Positions 37,932 to 51,246 of a DNA stretch of 64,000 nucleotides are shown one piece after another. The stretch covers positions 89,840,001-89,904,000 of the forward strand of contig CM052817.1 of assembly GCA_028534125.1 (NCBI GenBank), written 5' to 3'. The translations under genes were made by a program, and so were the position numbers. This DNA is from Lama glama (lineage: Eukaryota). The notes beneath the pieces were generated by a model. The model was not told the DNA's origin. It saw only the letters and a list, made by a program, of their open reading frames with translations, and did no database searches. The stretch's first letter is position 1. The number at the start of each line of letters is the position of its first letter.

Positions 37932-39490
37932 TTTTTTTCTCTTTTTTTTAATTGAAGTGTAGTTGATTTATGTTTTGTTAATTTCTGATGTACAGCATAG
38001 TGATTCAGTTATGCATATACTCTTTTTCATATTCTTTTTCATTATAGGTTATTACAAGCTATTAAAATAGTTCCCTATGCTATACAGAAGACCTGGCTGT
38101 TTAATCTATTTTGTGTATAGTAGTTTGTATCTGCTAATCCCAAACTCCTAATTTATCTCCCCCCCCGCTGCCCTGCCTTTCCCCTTTGATGACCGTAAGT
38201 TTGTCTTCTATGTCTGTGAGTCTGTTTCTGTTCTGTAAATAAGCTCATTTCTGTCATTATTTTTAGGTTCCACATATAAGTGATATCATATGATATTTGT
38301 CTTTCTCTGCGTGACTTACTTCACTTACTATGACGATTTCCAGGTCCATCCATGTTACTGTAAATGTCATTATTATACTCCATTTTCTCCACATCCTCTC
38401 CAGCATTTATTCTTTGTGGACTCTTTAATGATGGTCATTCTGACCAGTGTGAGGTGATGCCTCATTGTAGTTTTGATTTGGCATTTCTCTGTTAATTAGT
38501 GATACTGAGCATTTTTTCATGTGCCTGTTGGCCATTTGTATGTCTTTACCGGAGAAATGTCTGTTTAGGTCTTCCACCCATTTTTTTGATTAGTTGCTTG
38601 CTTTTTTATTGTTGTTGTTGTTGTTGTTATTACTAAGTTGTATGAGTTTTTTGTATATTCTGGAAATTAAGCCCTTGTCAGGCTTATCATTTGCAAATAT
38701 TTTCTCCCAGTCCATAGGTTGTGTTTTCATTTTGTTTATGATTTACTTTGCTGTGCAAAAGCTCGTAAGTTTAATTACATCCCATTTGTTTATTTTTGCT
38801 TTTATTTCTATTGGCTGGATAGACTGCCCTAGGAGAACATTGCTAAGATTTATGTCAGAGGACATTTTGCCTATGTTCTCTTCTAGGAGGCTTATGGTGT
38901 CCTGTCTTATGTAAGTATTTAAGGGATTTTGAGTTTATTTTTGTGTATGGTGTGAGAAAGTGTTCTAACTTCACTGATTTACTTGCAACTGTCCAGCTTT
39001 CCCAACACCATATACCAAAGAGACTGTATATTTTTGCCTCCTTTGTTGAAGATCAATTGACCATAGGTGTGTGGGTTTAGTCCTGGCTCTCTATTCTGTA
39101 CCATTGATCTGTATGTCTCTTTTTGTGCCAATACCAAGCTGTTTTAATTACTGTGGCTTTGCAATATTGTCTGAAGTCTGGTAGGTTTATGCCTGCAGCT
39201 TGGTTCTTTTTCTTCAGTATTTCTTTGACAGTTCTGGGTCTTCTGTGATTCCATAGAAATTTTAGGATTATTTGCTCTAGTTCTGTGAAAAATGTCATGG
39301 GTAATTTGATAGAGATAGTATTAAATCTGTAGATTGTTTTGGGTAGCATGGCTGTTTTAACAATATTAATTCTTCTAATCCAAGAGCATGGGACATCTTT
39401 TCATTTCTTTAAATCATCTTTAGTTTCCTAATGTTTTATAGTTCTCAGTGTATAAGTCTTTCACCTCCTTGGTCAGGTTTATTCCTAAGT
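37932..39490 (-). mobile_element. 5'-truncated L1, non-inverted 3' segment
   Basis: T-rich tail, 3'UTR, and ORF 39077-39349 ([25 protein letters not shown]...[13 protein letters not shown]) = L1 ORF2. Confidence 0.95.
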
Positions 39491-40044
39491 CATCAAAAGA
39501 AAGGACGGAAATCACATGATCATCTCAATAGATACAGAAAAATCATTTGATAAAATTCAACATCCATTTATGATAAGATCTCTAACCAAAGTGGATATAC
39601 AGGGAATATATCTCAACATAATAAAAGCTATTTATGACAAACCCACAGCCAACATAATAATCAATGGTGAAAGTTGAAAGCCTTCCTGCTGAAACCTGAA
39701 ACTAGACAAGGATGTCCATTCTCACCAGTTCTATTCAACATAGTGTTGGAAGTTGTAGCCATAGCAATCAGACAAAAATAAATAAATAAATAAAATGGAT
39801 CCAAATTGCAAGGGAAAAAGTAAAATTGTCACTATATGTATATGGCATGATACTATGTATGGAAAATCCTAAAGACTCCACACAAAAACTACTAGAGCTG
39901 ATAAACAAATTCAGCAAGATAGCAGGTTACAAGGTTAATATACAGAGATCTGTTGCATTTCTTTACACTAATAATGAAATACCAGAAAAAGAAAGTAAAA
40001 AACAATCCCTTCTAAAGTTGCATCAAAAAAGATAAAATACTTAG
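39491..40044 (+). mobile_element. Inverted 5' segment of the same L1 (RT domain)
   Basis: aatcacatgatcatctcaatagatacagaaaaatcatttgataaaattcaacatcc; ORF 39826-40035 with the catalytic motif region decayed to SLYVYGMIL..ENPKDSTQKLLELIN. Confidence 0.9.
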
Positions 40045-41354
40045 AAGTCTAATCTTGAGGAAGCTCTGCTCTTTTGACTTAAGATTAGAGAAAGTCACAA
40101 CCCACCCCCCCTAGTAGGTGGGCTGGAATTTCAGAATACCCATGCCTTTCTTAAAAAAACAAAAACCCAAAAACATTCTTTTCATGAATTAAATCTTATC
40201 TCATCTGTGCTTCCAATCTTTCTGATTATTATGGTAACAGAGATAGTGGGCATAGTGGTGAGTAGAAAAAAAAATGATAAGACATGAAAGGAATTTTAGC
40301 CAGGTAGGTAATATTTAATTATTTAGTGAAAAGACAGACATTAAATGTGGTAAAATGTTAGAGTAGTTATTACTAGAGGATGGAATATATGTGTTCGTAA
40401 TTTAGTCTTTGTTCCTGAGTGCATTTAAAAATTTTCTCAGTAAGATAGACATAAAAGGTTGTTATTTCAGGTCAGCATTTCTCTCGCCAACTTACGTTAT
40501 TTAAAATGATTTAATAAAAACTGTTTATCCCAACCCTAAGCTCACTATCTTAGTAACATAAAATAGAGTATATAACAGTAAATCTTGTTATTAAAAATTT
40601 ATATATTTTTTTAATTTTTTTTCTTTTTTACTTGTCTTCTCAAAGCTTCAACTGAAAGAAGAGAAAACAACGTGATTCCCTACACCATTTACTCCTACAA
40701 TATTCCAAGGCACTGAAGATGCCATGTAACTTTTTGATAGTGTCATTTTTATCAATTTAATTCATAAGACTGAAATTAAGTCAACACCTTTCTAAAATAC
40801 TGGCAAGTTTTTCACCATGCCTTGGGATAAATTGTCCTATTTGATGTTATGTTATGCCACGACTATCTAGTATTTCTTTTACTTAATCAAAATTATAATT
40901 GAGCACCTACACTGTAACTAATGCTATCTTATGTACAAGAATATAGCAGTAAAGACAATATAAATTAAATTAATTGCAGTTAGAAATCATAGTCTAACAG
41001 GTGATAATGACGTGCTCCTTAGAGTGGATAGTCAGATCCAGAGATTTTGACATTAACGTTAGGACTTAGCTGCAAGAATTGTATTTCAAGGCACTATTTC
41101 AATTCCTGGGAGAAATGACACTTGACAGAACCATATTTCTGGATAAAATAATGCACTTAAACAGGAAGATAAAAATCCAGATATCAGGAACATTCAGAGG
41201 CTGTGTTATAGATATAATGTGTGAGTGTGCATGTGTGTTTGTGTGTTTGTGTGCATGTGTGTGGTGGGTAGGAGATTGGTTCCAAGGGCTGGAATGCAAG
41301 GACCCATAAAGCAGAACTAACACATTTATTGATTCAGTTCTGGGAAGATGACCC

Positions 41355-41905
41355 ATTGTCCTGTTTCAATGATGCAAAATTATTTCTTAATCTGACTCTG
41401 TCAAGCACACACAAGATAAAGCTAGTCCAAGTCCTGACTGATTTTATTAGCAGTGGTACAGTGAGTCATTTTTAGATTCAGAGACTTTATTACTCACAAT
41501 AGAGAAAAAAAAATTAGCAAGAGATACCAATTTCCCATGGTCTTTGTCTCAACATCAAAAACAATGACACTGAAATAAAAAGGGCCAAATGAATAGTGCG
41601 ATACTGTGTTTCTGAGGGACTAATTTTGACTGAAGCTGAGCAGTTTTATGTATTGAAACTTTATTCTAGTGCGGAGTTCCAGAAACGTCCTATCTCATCA
41701 GAACCCAGGAGGTGATGAGAAACTGTCTCACGATAACCTCTCAGGGGAAATGGAGGGGAATGAGTGGGAGATGGCTCTGTAGAAGCTCTTTCTTTACATG
41801 CCTTCTATCCTCTTGTGTTCTGAGAGTGTCACCAGGCATCTGCCAAGACTCAGATTAGCTGTGGATATGTGCAAGTTTGCCAAGGTGCCATGGTGCATGA
41901 TCAAA
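41355..41905 (-). mobile_element. Possible solo LTR relic
   Basis: TG...CA bounded, GC-elevated block with ctttattactcac (antisense AATAAA); family uncertain. Confidence 0.4.
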
Positions 41906-44894
41906 AATTTTGAAAGTCATTGAAAATGCTTAATGTGTTACATTTTCATTTTTGTCCTTATAGATATTTCTAACATGCTATAGAAGAGAAATTAGTTCAA
42001 CTGTCACTTACTATGTGTGCTGCATCAGTTTTAAACTTCTTTCAAGCAATCTAAAAGATACTATATAAAATAACATTATTCCTTGCACTCCACTTTATTA
42101 AATTTCATTGGTAATAGACTACCCTTACCCTCTGTTCAGAAAGATCTGTGTTACCCAATGTAACTGAATATCAAGCTCCACTTTGGGGATCATCTTTTCA
42201 GTTATCCCAACTGAGTAACAGATATCTCTTGCCCCCCGTATTATTTGTGTTGCCATTACCATGCCTCAGACACAAATCCTAAAAATGACTAGTGAAATCC
42301 CCAAGTAGTTTTTCTCTGTATAATGTTTAGCTTAGTCTGATTAGCTGATGCTTTATTTTTCCCTCTTTTTAAAGAATAAATAGCTTTGCAGTATTTAAAA
42401 TGTAATCTGAAACCAGTTTATTCATCACAAATTTTTAGTGTTTGGTGGTCTAGTATTTATTGCTACACTTTTTAAAAGGCTTTAAACCTAAATAAAATTG
42501 AATCATGCAATTATGCACAATGCATATTGTAAGGAGAGTTAATGGACTCTATGAGTTTGGTGCTAACAGCTGTTTTCTCCTCATAAATTCTATTCTTAGA
42601 TTCCATCCACACTACCAACCAAAATAAAAACAGAAAGTTAGAGGAAAGAAATAGAGCAATATAAACATTTTCTTAGTTTTTTAAAAATCAAACCATTGTC
42701 TACTGACCAATGGAAAACAATCAGATAATTCAGGTATATTTGAAAAAACTCATTTCCTGCAAAGAAAGAGAGAAAGAGGAGGACATAGAAGGGGAGGAGG
42801 AGAAAACATAACTGGCACACTAGGAAGATCACTCAGATTTAATGATGTTACATTTTGCTATATTTGATTCTAATATTTGTTAAAGAACTTAAATATTGTA
42901 AGGGAAGTTGAAGTCTCTTGAGTATCTTTACAATCCCATTCCTTACCTTTGCTCCACTAAAGTAAACATTATTTCAGTTTTGTGATACTCCTTCCCTTGC
43001 TTGAATAAGTTTACCATGCAAGTATCCATAAATTTTCTTGTGTGTATTACTAATATTTATATTACTGTAATCTTACAAATACTTTCATTGCAATAAGTGT
43101 TGATAAGCTTCCCTTTACTTTTCTTTATCAGTGTTTTTGCTAATCCTACTTTTTTCATTTTTGTGTACATTTTAGGAAAAGTTGGATCAAATTCTGTGAA
43201 ATACAATGGATGAATAGATTTGCTTGGTCAGAACTGGCATGTTTATTATTCTGAGTTGTGCCACTCACAAACACAATATATATCTTCACTTGTTTAGCAT
43301 TTTTTTTGTTTTGTCAATAGCTTTATAAGCTTCTTCCATAAATATATTACATTTCCTTTGTCAGAGTTATTCCCTTATAACATAGTATTTCTTACCATGG
43401 TTATTGATTTTTAAATTATATTTCTTCTCTTTTAATTTTGCTTTATTTTCTCAAAATTATGCCTATAACAAACTCGAGTATTTAACTATTATCCCCAAAA
43501 TCCTCCTAAAAACCAAATAAGTTCAAAAAGGCAAAAAGAAAAAAAAAGATATACTACACATTACATCTTTTAAAAATGAGGCAACAAGAATACCCAAGAA
43601 TTTCAAAAGAAGAATGAAGTTGAGCAGTAACAATAGAACAGCAGCTGGTTGTGGGAGCGGCAGAGTGAAAATACAATACAAAAATACCCATAAACCATGT
43701 AAATAACTACCCCCCCCAAAAAAAGCCAAAAAATTCTCACCATTCAAAGCAATGTGTTCCACCCTGAGTGGAAACCTGAATAGATGCAATGAGAATGACT
43801 GGTGAAACTGAGAAGATTCCTCACAGAGGCTGAGTAATTGCAGTGCAAAAGCCTGTGGACAGATTAAATATTGCTATTTCAGAAGCATATCCCCTTAAGA
43901 ATTTCCAATATATTAAGCTAATACTCTCTTGCAAAGGAAGATGGCTCACACAAAAACCAAGTACTAATTACAGAATTGAAACTGAATAGGACAAAAACAC
44001 TGGACCTTCAGTTCAAATAATCTGGAATAGTATCCTAGGGAGCAAATGCTTGAGAAAGCCATGAAATTTGAAAATGTGCCCCAGATATTTTCCCTGAGAA
44101 ACTCTCATCATTTAAGCATAGGATACTACAAAAATAAATCAATAAAACAAAATCTAACCCCATGCAAGTGTATTCCAATCAAAAAGATAATAATAAACCA
44201 GATGTTTCAATAAATAATGGGAAAACACCAGAAATAAACAGCAACAAAGATTAAAAACAGTAATTTAATATATACAAGTGGGGAAAAATTTTTATACAAT
44301 AATTGAAAGTTCAGGTAAAATTAGATATGTAAAAGCTCAGAAATATATCTCTAGGAAACCTAAATGTATAAAACCAGACCTCTCAGATATTAGGAAATAG
44401 ATATGGGGTAAGGACTCGTGGAAGAAAACAAAGCAGGAGAGATACAGTAGGGAAAAAACAGAGAAGAGGAATATACAACAATATTAGAGAAATAAGAAAA
44501 ACAGAGAAAAGAGGAGAGAAGCATTTTAAAAATCAAATATAAATGAAAATTGTATTTTAAAATGATAGGTAATAAAACATAAGTTCTAGCCAAAATATAG
44601 TAACAGGTAACAGACTTATAGTCCCATCTGTAACAACAAAGAACACAGATCAGAAAAAGAAACAATGGGGTTTTTTGCATATTTTAAATTGTATTTTCCA
44701 AATTTCTTTGCAGAAATATTAGGTTAAATTCATTTTTATCAGTAGTATGTGAGAAAGTCTCTAATCATTTTGAAAGTCTTATCTGATGGGAAAAACATTG
44801 TTTTAATTTGCACTTCTTGATTAACAAAGTTGAAAATCATTTTTTATCACTTATTTTCTTCCTTTTGTCTCTTTTACTCAGTTTCCTGATAGTA

Positions 44895-45195
44895 TTTTTT
44901 AATTAAGATTTTATTTTTAGAGCAGTTTTAGTTCATAACAAAGTTGGGAGGTAGGTACAGAGATTTCCCTTATATATCCTGCCCCCACATATGAAGAGTC
45001 TCCCTCTGTTATCAACATCCCCCACCAGAGTGGTACGTTTGTTACAACTGATGAACCTACACTGACACATCATAATCACCTTAAGTCTGTAGTTTACATA
45101 ATGGTTCACTCTTGGTGGTGTGCATTCTGTGCATTTGGACAACTGTATCCATCATCGTGCTATCATACAGAGTATCCTCACTGCTCTAAAAAAAA
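44895..45195 (-). mobile_element. L1MB/MC-like 3' end
   Basis: tttagagcagttttag...gtacagagatttccc...ccaccagagtggtacgtttgttacaactgatgaacctacactgacacatc. Confidence 0.85.
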
Positions 45196-45199
45196 TAGT

Positions 45200-45814
45200 T
45201 TTCAAGACAATAAACCTCAGACAACAAAAACAGTGATAGCTGAAAGAAGGGAAGCAAACCAGAAGAGCCTTGCATTTGCCCCAACTTCCTGCCTTGGGAA
45301 AGGTTCCAAGTCTAGTGCATAGCCCTGAAGATCCCCTGAACTAAGGAGGCTGAGTAGAGTCCCCTAGGAAGAACTAAGCAGCTATACTTGACAAGAGAAA
45401 GCACTGGAGAGGAGAAAAGTGCACAGGGAGAGAATTCTGGATATCTACAGAGAGTCTCCCTGAGTATTCAACAAAGTACTGAGCAGCACATGCATATGAG
45501 CAAGACACCCAAGTATCTGGGGGAAGAATATTCAAAAAGATTAGAAGACAGTGACTGGTACTCACATAGGGCAGGGAATAGTACCTGTCCCCATCAGCCA
45601 GACTGGAATATCTCATGATTTACAAAGCACTGAATGGAATATTCAGGACAGTTTTACCTCAGTAATCGGGATTAATTAGCCAAGTGCTCAGCACTGCTCA
45701 GGAACTACCTAAAAAAATCATAAAAGCAAGACCAAAATGAATCCAACTATTTTTGTTTTCAGGTAACTAACCTACCTCCTAGAATAAAGATTTTATATAT
45801 ATATAAATATATCT

Positions 45815-45848
<34 letters not shown>

Positions 45849-46230
45849 AAATATATATATATCTCAAATAGAATAGCAGCATTTGAATGTAAAAATCAAA
45901 ATGTATGCCATCCAGTCATAGAACTAGGCATGATAGGAAAAAGGAAAATATAACCTCTAATGAGGGGAAAAAATAATTATCAAAACTGACAGATAACTGA
46001 CAAATGTTAGAATTTGTGAAAAAGGACTTTAAAGCCTTTATTGTAACTGTATTTCATATTGTCAAAAACTCAAAATTCTAGAGACAAAAACTAAAATATC
46101 TGAGATGAAAATATACACTGAATGAGATTAATGTAAGAGTATATAGTGCACTTGAAAAGATAAGTGGATTTGAAGCCAAAACAATAGAAACTGCAAAATG
46201 AAACACAAAGATTATCTAAAAACAAAAAGT
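45200..46230 (+). mobile_element. Old L1 (L1MC/MD-like) 5' region and ORF1 relic
   Basis: ctgagtattcaacaaagtactgagcagcacatgc, gggcagggaatagtacctgtcccc, tacactgaatgagattaa. Confidence 0.6.
45795..45868. repeat. (TA)n microsatellite punctuated by three TCTCAAA spacers
   Basis: Direct inspection. Confidence 0.85.
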
Positions 46231-47197
46231 TAGCATTATCCTTAATATCAAAGATTATATGCTTTCATACTAAAATTGGGACCAAGGCAAGTATATCTGC
46301 TTTCACTCCTTCTATTCAACATTGAATTCATAGTTCTAGCCAGTACAGTAAAGAAAGAAAAAGTAAATATCAGATTGGAAAGGAACACGTAACATTTTTC
46401 TTATCCACAGACTTGACCACGGGTTTAATTTGAATATTTATCTTGTATCCATCATCTTAGTGAAGTCTAATTTTAAGGATTTGGTTTTTCGAAATGGACT
46501 TTCATAAAGGATAGGCTTTATAAGAATGTATTTCTTCTTTTTTAAAGCTAATGTCCTTTATTTTCTCTTCTTTTCTTTCTACACTGGCTAGAACCCTCAT
46601 AGGTTTAAAGAAGAAAGGTCTTATTTTGTTCCTGTTTTCAAAGGAGATAGTCTTAGTCATCATGTTGTAAGTACAATTCTTTTAAATAGAATTTGTTATT
46701 TTATAAAATCTAATGTTCTCTGTATTTAGAGAGGTAGATTTATATTTGGGCTATTTTAATCGTTTTATTTTGTGTTTTGTATATCGACTAATCTTATTAA
46801 TTTTCCTAGTTTTATTTCATTTTTCACTTCCCTACAATTTATAGAACTGTTTATATTACCTTTCCCCTTGACAATTTCAGATGTTATATACCCCGTATTT
46901 TGTGTACTTATACCTAACTTTTTTTACCTCTTTATAGAAGTTGATTACTCTTAATTTTTCAACTCCACGAGTTTTCACAAAATGATCATTCCATTCTTAA
47001 CCATTCTGCAGATTAAGAAGGAGATCACAAACATCCCAGAAAACTTCTGGTGTTCCCTGTCAGTCACTGTCACCTGCTACTTAAACTTTCTCTGAGGCAT
47101 GTTAGGTAATTTCCTTAGATCCATCTCCTAGCTCACCAATTCTCTAGCTCTGTCTAATCTTCTCTAGTCTTTCAAGTGATTTTTCAGTTCAATTATT

Positions 47198-47623
47198 TTT
47201 TTTTTTTTACTTTTTCATTGAAGTATAGTCAGTTTACAATGTTGTGTTAATTTCTGGTATATAATTTCATTATAGGCCATTACAAGGTATTGAATATAGT
47301 TCCCTATGCTATACAGTAGGACCTTGTTGTTTATCTATTTTATACATAGTAGTTAGCATCTACAAATCTTGAACTTCTAACTTATCTCCCATACTTCCTT
47401 TACCCCTGGTAACCATGTGTTTTGTATCTCTTGAGTCTGTTTCTGTTTTCTAAATAAGTTCTTTTTTGTCCTTTTTAAAATATTACACATATAAGTGATA
47501 TTATATAGTAATTTTGTTCTCTTTCTGACTTATTTCACTTAGTATGGCAGTCTCCGGGTTGCTCCATGTCTAATGCTGCAAATGGAATTATTTTATTCTT
47601 TTTATGGCTGAGTAGTATTCCAT

Positions 47624-47663
<40 letters not shown>

Positions 47664-48218
47664 ATAGCTTCTTTATCCAGTCCTCTGTTGATGAACATTA
47701 AGGTTGCTTCCATGTCTTGGCTATTGTAAATAATACTGCTATGAACATAGCAGTGCATGTATCTTTTCAAATTAGAGTTTTCTGTGGATATATGTCTAGG
47801 AGTAGGGTTGCTAGATCATAGAGTAAGTCTACTTTCAGTTTTTTAAGGAATCTCCATACTTTTTTCCATAATGGCTGCACCAAACTACATTACCACCAAC
47901 AGCGTAGGAGGATTCCCTTTTTTCCACACCCTTTCCAACATTTATCATTTGTGGACTTTTTAATAAGGATGGCCATTCTGACTGGTATGAGGTGATACCT
48001 GCTTGTAGTTTTGATTTGCATTTCTCTGATAATTGGCAATGTTGAGCATTTTTTTTTAATGTGCCTATTGGCCATTTTTATGTCTTCATTGGAGAAATGT
48101 TTGTTTATGTCTTCTACCCATTTTTGAATTGGGTTGGTTGTTTTTTGTTATTGAATTGTATGAGCTGTTTGTATATCTGGAAATTAAGCCCTTGTCAGTC
48201 AAAAAAAGGTTCAAATGA
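47198..48218 (-). mobile_element. 5'-truncated L1 with 13-bp TSD
   Basis: Poly-T, 3'UTR, ORF2 C-terminus ([20 protein letters not shown]...KCWKGCG); TSD CAGTTCAATTATT at 47185-47197 and 48219-48231; internal (AT)n at about 47627-47661. Confidence 0.95.
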
Positions 48219-49789
48219 CAGTTCAATTATTATACATATACTACTTACAAGTTCTATTTTTTGTTTGTTCCTTTCTTTCTTTGTTATCTCTTAAAGAATT
48301 TTAAGCATGTATTTAGTAGTTTCCTTCTTTTTATCCTATTATTTTCAGTTTTTAATGTCAATTTGTTTCTTACATATACTAACACTCTCATAGAGACTCA
48401 CTTCTCATGTTTTATAACTGGGTTTTAAGAGGTAATTTTCATCAGATAGTTTTTTCACATCTGGTTATATTCTTTCAATTACCTTATTTCTGACAAGGTT
48501 ATATAGCTTTCAGTGCTACTGGAAAAATTGTAGGTAAATATCATAAATATTACAGCTAGGCATAGATGTGTTTTTCCCAAGACTGATTTTTTTCCAGCCA
48601 TCTTTTTTACCTTTATACTAAAGACTATACGGAATGGAAATAGTATGTCCACATTTTTGTGTGTAGAGATTTTTTATTTCACATTTAATAGATGGAGAAT
48701 CTCTGAAAGGATTTTCAAGTAGTATTTCAGGGTCAGAAAGTAGAGTTTAACCACCTTCATTCAACAGCCTGAGGCCATTTGTCCTGTCTTCCTCTGTGGA
48801 TTAGAAAGCTAGGCTTCAGCCTTTAAAGGCTAAATATAGGATGGAAGTCACTATGGATTATAGGGCTGTCAGCTCACACCATACTGCTTCTTATTATTTT
48901 TTGTGCTCCTTGAATCATTCCTTTCATTCCTTTGTGCTTGATTAGATATTAGTTTTAGAGTTTCATTTTATCTATGATCTCATGTTTGTAACAGAGGGGA
49001 AATTATCTGAGTCAGCTTAGGTCATTGTGCTTTTAATAAAAAGAAAGCAGTGTAAACAATCAACTAAGTTGTCCTATTAAAGACAGTAAGCAGCTGAACT
49101 CCATATCTGTTTCTCCTTTACTTTGGTTCTCTCATCCTCCGTGTTCTCTCATCTCTTTTCCACATTTCTGTGCTAGCCTGTTTTCTCTTTCAAAATAACT
49201 AGAGACCTAATCTTGTCATTAGTATGTGGCCATTCTACCACTTCACTCAGTTTTCTCCAGACACCAAAATTCCTTCTTGATCTTCAATTTAGTTAAATAT
49301 AATTCCTGGAAATAATTTCTCTAGTTATAGGTTTAGATAATTATTTTATGGCATTATTTTAAAAATTATCTTTTAAATGTTGATTTTTCTGCTCCAGAAG
49401 AGATACTTGCTGTTAGAGAAAACAAAGAACAAAAGACAAAACCCACAAAAATATCTAATATGCTCTAAAAGATTTGTAATTCTGAGATAAGAAGAAACTT
49501 GTTGGAAAATCATACACACACAACTGTAAGAAGACGTAAAGCTATCGTGAAAACCATGACATTGCCACAACCCTTAATGAGCTGGAATAGCACTTTATTA
49601 GATATCTTAGACTATATTTAAAGCAATATGATTCCAACAAAGAGTGGAATCATTCCAATACCTATTCCAGATTGTTTTTGTTTCCGTTTGCTTGTTTATT
49701 CCCTAGAGTCAAATGTTTTCTCTATCTGATTTCTTGACACTATTTGTTTTTGTGTTTCAAAGCACTCTGTACTTATTAAAAGTAAAGCA

Positions 49790-49878
49790 CCACATAGTGA
49801 ATGCACTAAATGCCACTGAATTGTACACCTGAAAATGGCTGATTTTATGTTGTGTGAATTCCACTACAATAAAAAAAA
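49790..49878 (+). mobile_element. Very short L1 3' terminus
   Basis: gtgaatgcactaaatgccactgaattgtacac...ttttatgttgtgtgaatt...aataaaaaaaa. Confidence 0.7.
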
Positions 49879-50201
49879 TTGGAACTTTTCTCACTACCAG
49901 CGTTGTCAGAACAGAGCCGATTAATTTCAATTTACGTACTACTGAGTTCAATCCTAACTTAGTGTTTGCTTAAGTTCAAATATGGAAATATGACATTTGA
50001 GAGAGTTTGCCTGGCACCCCCTAATTTTCAAACCTAGTTTCTCATGAATCTATACATTTTGTTGAGTTGGAAGAGATTGCCTTCCACCAGCTTACCTCCT
50101 GCTCAATTTTTAACCCTCTACAATTGGGCTTTCACCTGTGCCATTCCAGGAACAGCTCCTCCTACTACAGTTTCCTACTCTTTAACAAATCCAATGAGTA
50201 C

Positions 50202-51246
50202 TTTTTTTAACATTTTTATTGAGTTATAGTCATTTTACAATGTTGTGTCAAATTCCAGTGTAGAGCACAATTTTTCAGTTATACATGAAAGTACATATAT
50301 TCATTGTCACTTTTTTTTCACTGTGAGCTGCCACAAGATCTTGTATATATTTCCCTGTGCTATACAATANNNNNNNNNNNNNNNNNNNNNNNNNNNNNNN
50401 NNNNNNNNNNNNNNNNNNNNNNNNNNNNNNNNNNNNNNNNNNNNNNNNNNNNNNNNNNNNNNNNNNNNNATATGAGTGATCTCATATGGTATTTTTCTTT
50501 CTCTTTCTGGCTTACTTCACTTAGAATGACATTCTCCAGGGACATCCATGTTGCTGCAAATGGTATTATGTTGTCATTTTTATGGCTGAATAGTATTCCA
50601 TTGTATAAATATACCACATCTTCTTTATCCAGTCATCTGTTGATGGACATTCAGGCTGTTTACACGTCTTGGCTATTGTAAATAGTGCTGCTATGAACAT
50701 TGGGGTGCAGGTGTCTTTTTGAAGTAGGGTTCCTTCTGGATATATGCCCAGGAGTGGGATTCCTGCGTCATGCAGTAAGTCTATTCCTAGTCTTTTGAGG
50801 AATCTCCATGCTGTTTTCCACCATGGCTGTGCCAAACTGCATTCCCACCAGTAATGTAGGAGGGTTCCCTTTTCTCCACAGCCTCTCCAGCATTTGTCAT
50901 TTGTGGACTTTTGAATGATGGCCATTCTGACTGGTGTGAGATGTTACCTCATTATAGTTTTGATTTGCATTTCTCTGATAATTAGCGATATTGAGCAGTT
51001 TTTCATGTGCTTATTGACCATTCATATGTCTTCATTGGAGAATAGCTTGTTTAGGTCTTCTGCCCATTTTTGGATTGGTTTGTTTTTTTTTCCTTATTAA
51101 GTCGTATGAGCTTCTTACATATTCTGGAGATCAAGCCTTTGTCAATTTCATCATTTGCAAAACTTTTCTCCCATTCCGTAGGTTGTCATTTTGTTTTACG
51201 TATGGTTTCCTTTGCTGTGCAGAAGCTTCTAAGTTTAATTAGGTCC
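50202..51246 (-). mobile_element. Young 5'-truncated L1 (camelid-type 3' end)
   Basis: ORF 50566-50925 [29 protein letters not shown]...[14 protein letters not shown] = ORF2 C-terminal Cys-rich domain with little decay; contains the 100-N gap. Confidence 0.95.
50370..50469. other. Assembly gap (100 N)
   Basis: Run of N. Confidence 1.

Noticed and set aside
38594..40035. ORFs of 106, 90 and 69 aa
   Set aside because: L1 ORF2 remnants or their antisense frames; catalytic motif decayed; not host genes
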